A program made the translations under genes and the position numbers. Of a stretch of DNA of 64,000 nt, positions 39,203 through 48,459 are shown in pieces. The first letter of the stretch is position 1; the number at the start of each line of letters is the position of its first letter. Below the pieces are notes generated by a model. It saw only the letters and a list, made by a program, of their open reading frames with translations. It did no database searches and had not been told where the DNA came from. Origin of the DNA: Acidobacteriota bacterium (lineage in GTDB: Bacteria > Acidobacteriota > Terriglobia > Terriglobales > Acidobacteriaceae); NCBI GenBank assembly GCA_013290025.1, contig JABCYV010000001.1, positions 545 through 64,544 on the forward strand, given 5' to 3'.

Positions 39203-41485
39203 ATGACTGCTGAAGCACAATCAGCCGCCCAGACTAGCGAACCGCTAGATCTGCAAATGCTGACTGAGACGATTCCCGCAATGGTGGTGTGCGCACTGCC
39301 CAACGGCTGTGTCGAGTTTGCGAACCGGGCTTGGCAAGAATATACAGGCGGCTCATTGCAGCAACTGAGGGGTTCAGGCTGGCAAACCGCCATTCACCCT
39401 GACGATGTTCGCGGCTTCGCTGAAGAGTGGAACGCCAGTCTGTCAACCGGAAAACCCTTCGCGACTGAAGCGCGCATCCGTCGCGCTGACGGCCAATATC
39501 ATTGGTTCTTAATCCGAAAAGCTCTAGCTATTCCGCCCAATCAAGGCGGCGACTCGTCATTGCGCACTTTGATTGCTTGCGAAGACATCAACGACCGCAA
39601 ACAGGCTGAGGCTAAGCAGCGACAAAGCGAAATCCAGCTGCAGGTGTTTTTTGAAAACAGCCCCAACATGATTTTCTTGAAGGATCGGGAGGGCCGATAT
39701 CTTTACGCCAACCGGGAGTTCAAGCGGATCCGACGTATCACAGAAGAACACATCAACGGTAAGACCGACGATGAACTTTTTCCAGCGGAACAAGCTGCTA
39801 CTTTTCAAGCAAGTGATCGACAGGTGCTGGAAGCGGGCGTACCGATAGAGTTTGAGCACGTCACAATCCAGAACGACGGGGAGCATACGAGTATTGCCCA
39901 GAAGTTTCCCCTGTTCAACGCTGATGGTGAGACCTATGGGATCGGCGGAATTGTCACGGACATTACTGAACGTAAACGGGAAGAGGCATCGCGCCGCTAC
40001 ATCGAAGAGAGCCATCGGCTGGTGCTAGAAACGGCAAGTGACGCCGTAGTCACAATGGATGAGAATGGCGCAATTCGATTTGCGAATCCCGCCACTATGA
40101 GAATCTTTGGTTACGATCCGACGGAATTGATCGGGAAGTCATTGACTGTGTTAATGCCGGAATTCATGCGCAAGTTGCATGAGACTGGTTTCAGGCGCTA
40201 TCTGGCTACGGGCCAGCGGCACATCAACTGGCAAGGCACAGAACTCACTGCATTACGGAAAAATGGCGAGGAATTTCCGGTGGAGGTCTCCTTTGGTGAA
40301 CTGACCAGAGACGGCCATAAGGTATTTACCGGTTTCATCCGCGATATCAGTGCAAGAAAAAACGCGGAAGAGAAGTTGCGGGCAAGCGAGCGCAGTCTCC
40401 GTGAACTCACGGAGACCATTCCACAGATGCTTTGGAGCGCTGAACCGGACGGAGCAGTTGACTATTGCAACCAGCGCGCACTGGACTACACGGGATTATC
40501 GGCGGAACAGGTGCGAGGCGCTGGCTGGATGAAGACCGTCCACCGGGATGACATTGAAAGTATGTCTCGGGCTTGGACGGGCGCAGTTTCCAGTGGCGAA
40601 CCGTTTCAGCAAGAATTTCGCTGCCTGAGAGCAGCGGATCAAGCATATCGTTGGTGCATTTCGAGGGCTTTACCGCTGCGAGATCAAGGCGGTCGAGTTA
40701 TCAAATGGTTCGGAACAGTCGTGGATCTGCATGACTGGAGAGAAGCTCAACAAGCTTTGCAGATGACCCAGGCAGAGCTTGCGCGTGTTTCAAGGTTGAC
40801 GACGATGGGAGAACTGGCAGCATCGATAGCCCACGAAGTCAATCAACCCTTGACTGCCGTTACGAACAACGGCAGTGCGTGCCTGAGACTGCTCGCAAAC
40901 CGTAGCCTCGAACCTGAAGTCTTGCGCCGGGCTTTGGAAGAAATCGTTGCCGATGGCACTCGGGCCAGCGCTGTTATAGCTCGGATCCGCGGATTCATCA
41001 AGAAAGCACCGGTCGAGAAGACCGAACTGGACGCAAACGAGGTGATTCAGGAGGTGCTGGCTCTAGCCGGCCATGAGCTTCACAAGAATCAAGTCTTGGT
41101 CGAGTGTCAATTGGCGAAAACTTTGCCATTCGTGAGGGCTGATCGTATTCAGCTACAACAGGTCTTATTGAACTTGATCATGAATAGCATTGAAGCCATG
41201 ACTGGAGCCACTAATCAATCAAGAGTACTCGGTGTGGAATCCCGGATCGATGAATCTGGCGACGTACTGGTGGGGGTACGCGACTCAGGCGCAGGCCTCG
41301 GTTTAGAAGCAGATCGTTTATTCAAACCGTTCTTTACAACAAAGGCAAACGGTATGGGTATGGGGTTGACCATTAGTCGCTCACTCATTGAGAGTCACGG
41401 CGGACGTCTATGGGCCACAACCAACTCGCCTCACGGTGCTGTGTTTTCATTTACGCTGCCAGTAGCTGGCGAGAGTCCTTCATGA
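39203..41485 (+). CDS. multi-PAS sensor histidine kinase
   Basis: Several PAS repeats (WQTAIHPDD, WMKTVHRDD), HisKA ELAASIAHEVNQPLTA, and an HATPase G-boxes tail. Confidence 0.9.
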   Translation: MTAEAQSAAQTSEPLDLQMLTETIPAMVVCALPNGCVEFANRAWQEYTGGSLQQLRGSGWQTAIHPDDVRGFAEEWNASLSTGKPFATEARIRRADGQYHWFLIRKALAIPPNQGGDSSLRTLIACEDINDRKQAEAKQRQSEIQLQVFFENSPNMIFLKDREGRYLYANREFKRIRRITEEHINGKTDDELFPAEQAATFQASDRQVLEAGVPIEFEHVTIQNDGEHTSIAQKFPLFNADGETYGIGGIVTDITERKREEASRRYIEESHRLVLETASDAVVTMDENGAIRFANPATMRIFGYDPTELIGKSLTVLMPEFMRKLHETGFRRYLATGQRHINWQGTELTALRKNGEEFPVEVSFGELTRDGHKVFTGFIRDISARKNAEEKLRASERSLRELTETIPQMLWSAEPDGAVDYCNQRALDYTGLSAEQVRGAGWMKTVHRDDIESMSRAWTGAVSSGEPFQQEFRCLRAADQAYRWCISRALPLRDQGGRVIKWFGTVVDLHDWREAQQALQMTQAELARVSRLTTMGELAASIAHEVNQPLTAVTNNGSACLRLLANRSLEPEVLRRALEEIVADGTRASAVIARIRGFIKKAPVEKTELDANEVIQEVLALAGHELHKNQVLVECQLAKTLPFVRADRIQLQQVLLNLIMNSIEAMTGATNQSRVLGVESRIDESGDVLVGVRDSGAGLGLEADRLFKPFFTTKANGMGMGLTISRSLIESHGGRLWATTNSPHGAVFSFTLPVAGESPS

Positions 41486-42108
41486 CCGCAGCTTCCTTAG
41501 TTTTTGTTATAGACGATGATCCATCGGTACGTTCCTCGCTCAAGTTCCTGTTAAGCACAGTGGGGCTGCAGGCCGAAACTTTTGACTCAGCTGACAGCTT
41601 TCTGCGGAAGGAGCCTCCTGATATTCCTAGTTGTCTTGTATTGGATGTCCGGCTTCCGGGATTGAGCGGACTCGATTTCCAACGAGAGCTTGCGACGCGA
41701 AACATTTGTATCCCAATAGTTTTCCTTACCGGCCACGGCGACATTCCTATGAGCGTTCGTGCTATGAAAGCCGGAGCGGTCGAATTTCTTACCAAGCCAT
41801 TTCGTGACCAGGATCTTTTAGACGCTGTTCGCGTGGCACTTGATCGGGACCGTGCCAGGCGCAAACACGACGAGCAAGTGGCGGATTTTCGGCAGCGCTT
41901 CGACTCGTTGACTTCTCGCGAGCAGGAGGTAGTTTCCATGGTCGTTGCGGGAATGCTCAACAAACAAATCGCTGCTGAACTCGGAACCGCGGAAAGCACC
42001 GTAAAGGTCCAGCGCAGCCGGGCGATGGAGAAGATGCAAGCTGCATCTCTCGCGGAATTGATAAAAATGATCGAGAAGGTCAAAGCTCCTTTGGAAAAAG
42101 CCTCGTAA
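41482..42108 (+). CDS. FixJ/NarL-type response regulator (REC + LuxR HTH)
   Basis: VFVIDDDPSVR, LVLDVRLPGLSG, TKPF, and a C-terminal LTSREQEVVSMVVAGMLNKQIAAELGTAESTVKV. The ATG overlaps the kinase stop (ATGA). Confidence 0.9.
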   Translation: MTAASLVFVIDDDPSVRSSLKFLLSTVGLQAETFDSADSFLRKEPPDIPSCLVLDVRLPGLSGLDFQRELATRNICIPIVFLTGHGDIPMSVRAMKAGAVEFLTKPFRDQDLLDAVRVALDRDRARRKHDEQVADFRQRFDSLTSREQEVVSMVVAGMLNKQIAAELGTAESTVKVQRSRAMEKMQAASLAELIKMIEKVKAPLEKAS

Positions 42109-42211
42109 GCCAAAGCTTACGAGCATCCTCCTTTTTGCCAATCTAGAAATACCACAACCCAATAGATTTCTTTGCCCGCCAGGAATAATGTCACTTCAGT
42201 TGGAGCTGAGT

Positions 42212-42973
42212 ATGTCAAAGAATTTAATCTCGGTTGTTGACGACGATGCATCCGTCCTCCGGACCACAACGCTGCTGATTGAGTCTCTTGGGTTTCGAGC
42301 GGCAGGGTTCGAATCGGCGGAACTTTTCCTGAACTCTGGCCAGCTGCATGAGACATCCTGTCTCATCGTTGACGTCCGAATGCCCGGCATGAGTGGCCTA
42401 CAACTTCAAAGCCATCTCGCTGGGCTAGGCTGCAAGATTCCAATCATTTTTATCACCGCTTACGACGATACAATATCGCGTCAGCGTGCCTTGCAAGCTG
42501 GCGCTGTCGCATTCCTGGGCAAGCCGTTCACTGGCGAGACTTTACTTCAAACCATTCATTCAGCTTTAAGGGGACAATTGGGAGTAAGAAAGAATCTCAT
42601 ATCGCTAGTTGACGACGACGAGTCCATCCGCAGGACAACAACGTTACTTATCAAGTCTTTTGGCTTCCACGCAACGGCCTTCGAATCTGCCGAAAGTTTC
42701 CTGAAGTCTGGCCAGCTGCACGAGACATCCTGTCTCATCATTGACATTCAGATGCCGGACATGAATGGGCTACAACTCCAAAGCCATCTTGCCGCCGCAG
42801 GCTACAAGATTCCTATCATTTTCATCACAGCTCATGACAACAAAGAATCGCGTCAGCAAGCATTGCAAGCTGGTGCGGTCGCATTCCTAGGCAAACCGTT
42901 CAGTGACGAACTCCTGCTCCAGATCATTCGTGCAGCCTTGCGGCAGGATGACGGCACTGCGATGGCCAAGTGA
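42212..42973 (+). CDS. tandem double-receiver (REC-REC) protein without output domain
   Basis: Two approximately 120-aa receiver domains of high mutual identity (KNLISVVDDDASV... / KNLISLVDDDESI...). Confidence 0.85.
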   Translation: MSKNLISVVDDDASVLRTTTLLIESLGFRAAGFESAELFLNSGQLHETSCLIVDVRMPGMSGLQLQSHLAGLGCKIPIIFITAYDDTISRQRALQAGAVAFLGKPFTGETLLQTIHSALRGQLGVRKNLISLVDDDESIRRTTTLLIKSFGFHATAFESAESFLKSGQLHETSCLIIDIQMPDMNGLQLQSHLAAAGYKIPIIFITAHDNKESRQQALQAGAVAFLGKPFSDELLLQIIRAALRQDDGTAMAK

Positions 42974-43070
42974 CCAACGAGTCCACAGATGTGCGGATCA
43001 CGTGATTTCGCTTTAATTCCTGGTTTACAGGAGATCCCGGTGAGATGAGTTATCGAATGTGGGGTGAATT

Positions 43071-44105
43071 ATGGAATACAACAGAGTTCCGCAAAATGAT
43101 CACAATCGCCCTGAGTGTAGATTTGAAGAAATCATCGGCCATAGCCCTGCTCTGAAATCGGCACTGCTGGAAGTGGAACGAGTAGCACCGACCGATTCCA
43201 CTGTGTTGGTTCTGGGAGAAACCGGAACGGGGAAGGAGTTGATCGCCCATGCCATTCACAATCTGAGCCCGCGCTGCGGGCGCCCCTTCGTGAAGCTTAA
43301 CTGCGCTGCTATCCCCTTCGATCTCTTGGAGAGTGAGTTATTTGGCCACGAGAAGGGTGCCTTCACGGGGGCCGCGGCACAAACAATTGGCCGCTTCGAA
43401 ATGGCGGATACGGGAACACTGTTTCTTGATGAAATCGGAGATATTCCTCTGGCGTTACAGCCAAAGCTGCTCCGGGTTCTGCAAGAAAAGGAGTTCGAGC
43501 GGCTTGGAAGCGGCCGGACACATCAGATCAACGTCCGCCTCATTGCAGCCACACATCGTGATCTCACGGAGATGGTCAGTCGGAATGAGTTCCGCAGTGA
43601 TCTATATTATCGGCTGAATGTTTTCCCTGTCCTGGTTCCAGCCGTGCGAGAACGCCGAGAAGACATACAACCTTTGGTCTCGCATTTTGTCGAGGTATTT
43701 GCCCGACGCATGGGTAAGCACATTGACCAGATACCTCAGGCAACGATGAATGCCCTGATAGCGTACTCGTGGCCTGGGAATGTTCGAGAATTGCAAAACC
43801 TCATTGAGCGGGCTGTTATTCGCTCGGATAACGGAGTGCTTCCGAACCCGCTGCCTAGATCAAAAAAGGAGGATGCGGGCGCCACGACTCTTTCAAACAG
43901 CGCATTCATGGATTCGCAACGAGCTCTGATTTTGCAGGCGCTCGAGGCCACAGCTTGGGTGATTGGAGGACCGTTTGGTGCAGCGGCGCGCCTCGGTCTT
44001 AAACGTACAACCTTAGTCTCCAAGATGAAGAAGCTCGGGATTTACCAACCGCGGCGGCAACGAGTCATGGATGAGTTCAATGAGCGTTCGGAATTAACTA
44101 TGTGA
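43071..44105 (+). CDS. sigma-54-dependent activator (AAA+ plus Fis-type HTH) lacking an N-terminal regulatory domain
   Basis: GETGTGKE Walker [16 protein letters not shown] (GAFTGA loop), LFLDEIGD, and a C-terminal HTH. Only about 27 aa precede the AAA+ core. Confidence 0.9.
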   Translation: MEYNRVPQNDHNRPECRFEEIIGHSPALKSALLEVERVAPTDSTVLVLGETGTGKELIAHAIHNLSPRCGRPFVKLNCAAIPFDLLESELFGHEKGAFTGAAAQTIGRFEMADTGTLFLDEIGDIPLALQPKLLRVLQEKEFERLGSGRTHQINVRLIAATHRDLTEMVSRNEFRSDLYYRLNVFPVLVPAVRERREDIQPLVSHFVEVFARRMGKHIDQIPQATMNALIAYSWPGNVRELQNLIERAVIRSDNGVLPNPLPRSKKEDAGATTLSNSAFMDSQRALILQALEATAWVIGGPFGAAARLGLKRTTLVSKMKKLGIYQPRRQRVMDEFNERSELTM

Positions 44106-44688
44106 CGCACTGAATCACAAAGTGCAGGCGTACCGAAGCGGAGGCGAGGGCGCTGCGATTTTCCAACTGTGTGCATCCGAGAAGGACGATTACGGCAGCA
44201 CTCCAAAACAGCGCGATGTTTAGAGGGCCACGCTCCTGGCATTGATTGCGGGGAGCGTACAACTGAACCAAAGAGAACCAAAGGCCTGCCTGCACTCCCG
44301 ACTGCAATCAGACGCTTGCTTCTGCCAACCCAGGCGCTAGAACGCTGAGCGGTTCAAACCTCTTCATTTCAGTTCTCACCTTCTGTGCTCTTAGCCTCAA
44401 TTCCACTTCATTGCATGCCCGTTGCCATTTCGAGAAACAGACGTTTCTAGCCGGCATCACCGCAGGTCTGCTCGGTTATTGATCGAGTTCCGCTGCCGCT
44501 ACGTGTCGTCCCGAAGTCGCGTGTCGCGATAGCAACGCAGGCAAGTCACCGGGGTGCGTTGAAGAAACGAAATCGCGTCGTCGTGGCTTAGAACCTGCAG
44601 GTCTTTGAAAGGTCGATGACGCTTGAAAGTGCGTGGCGGAGTTCGCGAATCCTTAGCGACGAAACAAACGACACTTGCTGAGCGTTAA

Positions 44689-44704
44689 TGGAACCCGGCA
44701 TGCA
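44689..44704 (+). promoter_or_regulatory. candidate sigma-54 (-24/-12) promoter
   Basis: TGGAAC-ccggc-ATGCA has the correct GG-N10-GC spacing, about 28 nt upstream of the ECF sigma ATG. Confidence 0.45.
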
Positions 44705-44731
44705 TTCAACAGGTGACCACGAGTTCCATCT

Positions 44732-45355
44732 ATGGCGACCACGGCGATAGAAATCAATCCAGAAGCAGTTGCGGTCGAGTGTGATCAGAGAAGAATGCAG
44801 GAGCTAACAGACGTTATCACTAGCCACTCGCTTCGCTTTCGTCGAATCGCGCTGGGTCATCTGAGCAACGCAGCTGACGCGGAGGATGCAGTTCAGGATG
44901 CTTTGTTGTCAGCCTTGACACACGTAGACCAGTTCAAAGGGCGAGCCAAGATGTCCACGTGGCTGACGACGATCGTCATTAATTCCGCACGCATGAAGTT
45001 ACGTCGGCGTTTGTCGCCAGTGCAAATCGCTTTGGACGAAACCGTTGGGGAGCAGAATATTTCCGTAGTGGACACGGTGTCAGACACTCGACCCGATCCC
45101 GAAGAGGTATATCGCAAGCGAGAAATTGCGGAAACACTCGCTGATGCAACCTCCCGGCTCTCGCCCGCTTTGCGCAGAACCTTTCAACTGCGCGCCGTCG
45201 AGGGCTTCAGCATTCGCGAAACTGCACATCTCCTGCGAGTGCCAGAGGGAACAGTAAAGGCACGGCTCGCAAGAGCTCGTGTGAGGCTCAAGGAAGTGAT
45301 TGAGAAGAGCACCCGCGAAAGTGTGAAGCGATCCAGGCACAGTCGCCAACAGTAA
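44732..45355 (+). CDS. ECF-type RNA polymerase sigma-70 family factor
   Basis: Region 2 DAEDAVQDALLSALTHVDQFKGRAKMSTWLTTIVINSARMKLRRR, and region 4 FSIRETAHLLRVPEGTVKARLARAR. Confidence 0.9.
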   Translation: MATTAIEINPEAVAVECDQRRMQELTDVITSHSLRFRRIALGHLSNAADAEDAVQDALLSALTHVDQFKGRAKMSTWLTTIVINSARMKLRRRLSPVQIALDETVGEQNISVVDTVSDTRPDPEEVYRKREIAETLADATSRLSPALRRTFQLRAVEGFSIRETAHLLRVPEGTVKARLARARVRLKEVIEKSTRESVKRSRHSRQQ

Positions 45356-45434
45356 TCCGCAGAGATCGAGCACGGCGTAGATGTTGTGCACTGACTGACC
45401 TCGTGGAAGGCGGATCTTTTATCTTCATGAGGAG

Positions 45435-45659
45435 TTGCATATGGATAGCTCAATTCAATCAAACGCGCATGTGAGATCTGCCATCGTGAACTGCATCTGT
45501 CCCGAATGCGGCGGAGCCATTGAACTCGACTTTAACAAGTTCAGCTGCGTAGGAAGATGTGGGAAAGATTGGCGACCTATCTGGGAGAGCGAACACTGCA
45601 ACAGTACCCAAACACGGCGACGCGACAATCATCGGCAATTTCGCAATAGCCGGCGATGA
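45435..45659 (+). CDS. small Cys4 zinc-ribbon-like protein (hypothetical; possible anti-sigma partner)
   Basis: CICPECG...CVGRCG directly downstream of the ECF sigma gene. Otherwise unrecognised. Confidence 0.3.
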   Translation: MHMDSSIQSNAHVRSAIVNCICPECGGAIELDFNKFSCVGRCGKDWRPIWESEHCNSTQTRRRDNHRQFRNSRR

Positions 45660-45684
45660 CTGCTCGTACGAGGACCTAGCCTGC

Positions 45685-45912
45685 TCAAATGCAAAAAGTC
45701 CACATCGGGATCGCACCCTCTTTCGTGTGTGGGCCACCTGCTGCCGGTTCGCGAACTGCATCGCCAACCCCTTTTCCACGAGGTAACCGAAACTCAATCA
45801 CTTCCCCGGGTTCGGTGCGAGCTATGCAGCTAACTTTTTTCGGAAACGAATCTGGAATGTAAAACTTAATCACTTTCGCCATGACATCCTCCATCATCTG
45901 CCGCATCGCCAT
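45685..45912 (-). CDS. small hypothetical protein
   Basis: 75-aa ORF. The internal MAKVIKFYIPDSFPKKV resembles small conserved acidobacterial peptides (from memory only). Confidence 0.3.
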   Translation of the reverse strand: MAMRQMMEDVMAKVIKFYIPDSFPKKVSCIARTEPGEVIEFRLPRGKGVGDAVREPAAGGPHTKEGAIPMWTFCI

Positions 45913-45988
45913 CGTCTAACCTAGGCGGGGCCTACGTCCCGCGTTCGCCCACGACCGCATTTGATGACTTCGGCTTCTTCTGACGATT

Positions 45989-46231
45989 GTGAAAGCAACT
46001 GGCATGCCAAGACCGCTCACACTGTGGAGGAAACTTACGCGCTTTCTGGAATGTTCTGAACTTGAATTGAGCAATAATCTGGCGGAGAATTCGATGCGTC
46101 CTGTGGCTCTGGGTCGCAAGAACTGGATCCGCATAGGAAGCCCACAGGCGGGACCCAAGGTCGCAGCGATTTTCTCGGTCGTGGAAAGCTATCGGCGGTT
46201 GAAGCTCTCGTTGTGCGGGTTGTTGGCGTGA
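45989..46231 (+). mobile_element. IS66-family transposase C-terminal fragment
   Basis: ELELSNNLAENSMRPVALGRKNWIRIGSPQAGPKVAAIFSVVESYRRLKL matches the conserved IS66 TnpC C-terminus. No N-terminal part and no tnpA/tnpB. Confidence 0.75.
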
Positions 46232-46407
46232 AGGCCGTCAGCGGGTCCAGTACGATCTCCCGACACAACTGAGTCGCGTGTCTCGCCGTTGGTAGGTAAT
46301 GTGAAACAAAATCTTGCGCCGCGCGGAGGGTTGTCGGCAGCCCACAAATGGCCGCCGTGCGATTCCACAATCGAATGGTTCGCCCCGCTGTCGATGGGAA
46401 TGCGCAT
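46189..46407 (-). pseudogene. orphan C-terminal fragment of a histidine kinase (HATPase end)
   Basis: SIVESHGGHLWAADNPPRGARFCFTLP is the typical last about 30 aa of kinases like those at 39203 and 48460. It has no upstream kinase body and abuts the IS66 fragment. Confidence 0.55.
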
Positions 46408-46509
46408 CTCAACCCACCTCGACCTTTTTTGGCACCATCAACACCGATGGGACGAAACGCGTTATACTTGGCGCCGATAAATGGCGCAAAGTGTCGAAGT
46501 GAAGGGGCC

Positions 46510-47994
46510 ATGGCCCGGTCGAAGTTCCAATTACGGAATGCCCAGTCCCCCGTCCTACGCTACGGTCTCGCAGTGCTTTCCGTCTCCGTGGCGCTCGGCG
46601 GGGCGCTTCTCATCGAGCGCTTACGGCTCCGCAACATAACGCTCTTCCTGTTTGCCATCGCCGTGGCCGCCTGGTATGGAGGGACTGGGGCTGCCATGCT
46701 GGCGCTTCTACTCTCATGCATAAGCTTCGCTTACTTTTTCATAGAACCTTCTCACACGCTTTACATCTCACGTTCTGATATCCCTTACTTTATTCTTTTT
46801 GCCTTATTCGCATGGCTAGTCAGCTGGTTTAGCTCTGTTCGACAGCGCGTCGAGGCAGATCTTCTTCAAGCTCGCGAAAAACTCGAAATCGAAGTGTCGG
46901 AACGAAGCAGCCTGCTCAATCTCACCCATGACACGATTTTCGTCCGTGATATGAGTGACAGCATTCGGTTCTGGAATCGAGGGGCTGAGGAGTTGTACGG
47001 GTGGACGCCAGAGCAGGCGATTGGAAAGATCTCTCATGAACTTCTGCGGACCGTTTTTCCGTCACCGCTCGACGACATCCAGGCAGAGTTCCTACGGACC
47101 GGGCGTTGGGAAGGCGAACTCAAGCACACGAAAGCGGACGGAACCCAGGTAATCGTGGCGAGTCGTTGGTCCTTGCGCAGAGACGAGCGGGAGCAGCCTA
47201 TTGCCGTCCTGGAAACGAACAATGACATCACTGTGCGCAAGCGCAGGGAGCAAGAAATCCAAAGTCTCAATCAGGAGCTTGCGAAGCGTTCAACGGAACT
47301 CGAAGCCATCAACAAGGAACTGGAAGCGTTTGCTTATTCCGTCTCGCATGACCTGCGTGCGCCCCTCCGCCATATGGCAGGTTTTGCGGAGCTTCTGCGC
47401 AATAGCGCGGCCGCATCTCTCAATGAGAAGAGCAGGCGCTATCTAACGGTGATCCTGGAAGCGGCAAATCGGATGGGCACCCTGATTGACGACCTGCTCG
47501 CGTTTTCTCGAATCAGTCGTGCCGAGGCACACTATTCCACGGTTAGCCTGAAGCAGATCGTTCAAGACGCGATAGCCGAAGTCCGTCAGGATGCAAACGA
47601 GCGCAAGATCGTCTGGAAGATAGATTCACTGCCCGAATGGTATGGGGATCGGTCGATGCTGCGGCAGGCTATGGTCAACTTGATTTCTAACGCTGTAAAA
47701 TTTACGCGTGCACGGTCCCAGGCCGAAATCGAAATCGGATGCACTGACCACCAGAACGATCACGTGGTGCTGTTCGTTCGGGACAACGGCGTCGGATTCG
47801 ACATGAAATATTCCAACAAGCTGTTTGGCGTTTTCCAACGGCTTCACCCGCAAGAGGCTTTCGAAGGCACTGGTATCGGGTTGGCCACGGTTCAGCGCAT
47901 AGTACAACGCCATGGCGGCCGAGTATGGGCGGAAGGCAAAGTGGAAGGCGGCGCTACCTTCTACTTCTCACTTTCCAGAACAGGAGCTCACTGA
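46510..47994 (+). CDS. membrane-anchored PAS sensor histidine kinase
   Basis: N-terminal TM helices, PAS, HisKA AFAYSVSHDLRAPLRH, and HATPase. ATG 46510 is preceded by GAAGGGG. Confidence 0.9.
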   Translation: MARSKFQLRNAQSPVLRYGLAVLSVSVALGGALLIERLRLRNITLFLFAIAVAAWYGGTGAAMLALLLSCISFAYFFIEPSHTLYISRSDIPYFILFALFAWLVSWFSSVRQRVEADLLQAREKLEIEVSERSSLLNLTHDTIFVRDMSDSIRFWNRGAEELYGWTPEQAIGKISHELLRTVFPSPLDDIQAEFLRTGRWEGELKHTKADGTQVIVASRWSLRRDEREQPIAVLETNNDITVRKRREQEIQSLNQELAKRSTELEAINKELEAFAYSVSHDLRAPLRHMAGFAELLRNSAAASLNEKSRRYLTVILEAANRMGTLIDDLLAFSRISRAEAHYSTVSLKQIVQDAIAEVRQDANERKIVWKIDSLPEWYGDRSMLRQAMVNLISNAVKFTRARSQAEIEIGCTDHQNDHVVLFVRDNGVGFDMKYSNKLFGVFQRLHPQEAFEGTGIGLATVQRIVQRHGGRVWAEGKVEGGATFYFSLSRTGAH

Positions 47995-47997
47995 TAC

Positions 47998-48450
47998 ATG
48001 GACTCTTTTGGACGGATCTTACTGGTCGAAGACGACCCCAAAGATGTTGAGCTTACGCTAACGGCCTTGGATGAATACAATCTTGCGAACGAGGTCGTTG
48101 TCGCCACCGACGGCGAACAGGCGCTTGATTATCTGTACTACCGCGGCAAGTTCATGCGACGCGCCCCCGAGAATCCCGCGGTTCTCCTTCTCGATCTGAA
48201 ATTGCCGAAGGTCGACGGACTCGAAATACTGCAGCAGATCAAGGTCGACGAGAAACTGAAGATGATTCCGGTGGTCGTGCTCACGTCATCCCACGAAGAA
48301 AAAGACATGGTGGCCAGCTACAAACTGGGGGTCAACGCGTATGTGGTAAAGCCCGTAGATTTCCACGAGTTCGTGAACGCGATCAAACAGCTTGGCATCT
48401 TTTGGGCAGTCATCAACGAAGCCCCGCCCGGAAGTGCCAGGAAGGGCTGA
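47998..48450 (+). CDS. single-domain CheY-like response regulator
   Basis: ILLVEDDPKDVEL, LLLDLKLPKVDG, and VVKPVDF. Confidence 0.9.
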   Translation: MDSFGRILLVEDDPKDVELTLTALDEYNLANEVVVATDGEQALDYLYYRGKFMRRAPENPAVLLLDLKLPKVDGLEILQQIKVDEKLKMIPVVVLTSSHEEKDMVASYKLGVNAYVVKPVDFHEFVNAIKQLGIFWAVINEAPPGSARKG

Positions 48451-48459
48451 AACAAAGCG

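Noticed and set aside
41451-42113. 220-aa minus-strand ORF
   Set aside because: It is exactly antisense to the FixJ-type response regulator and has Ser/Arg-rich low-complexity sequence.
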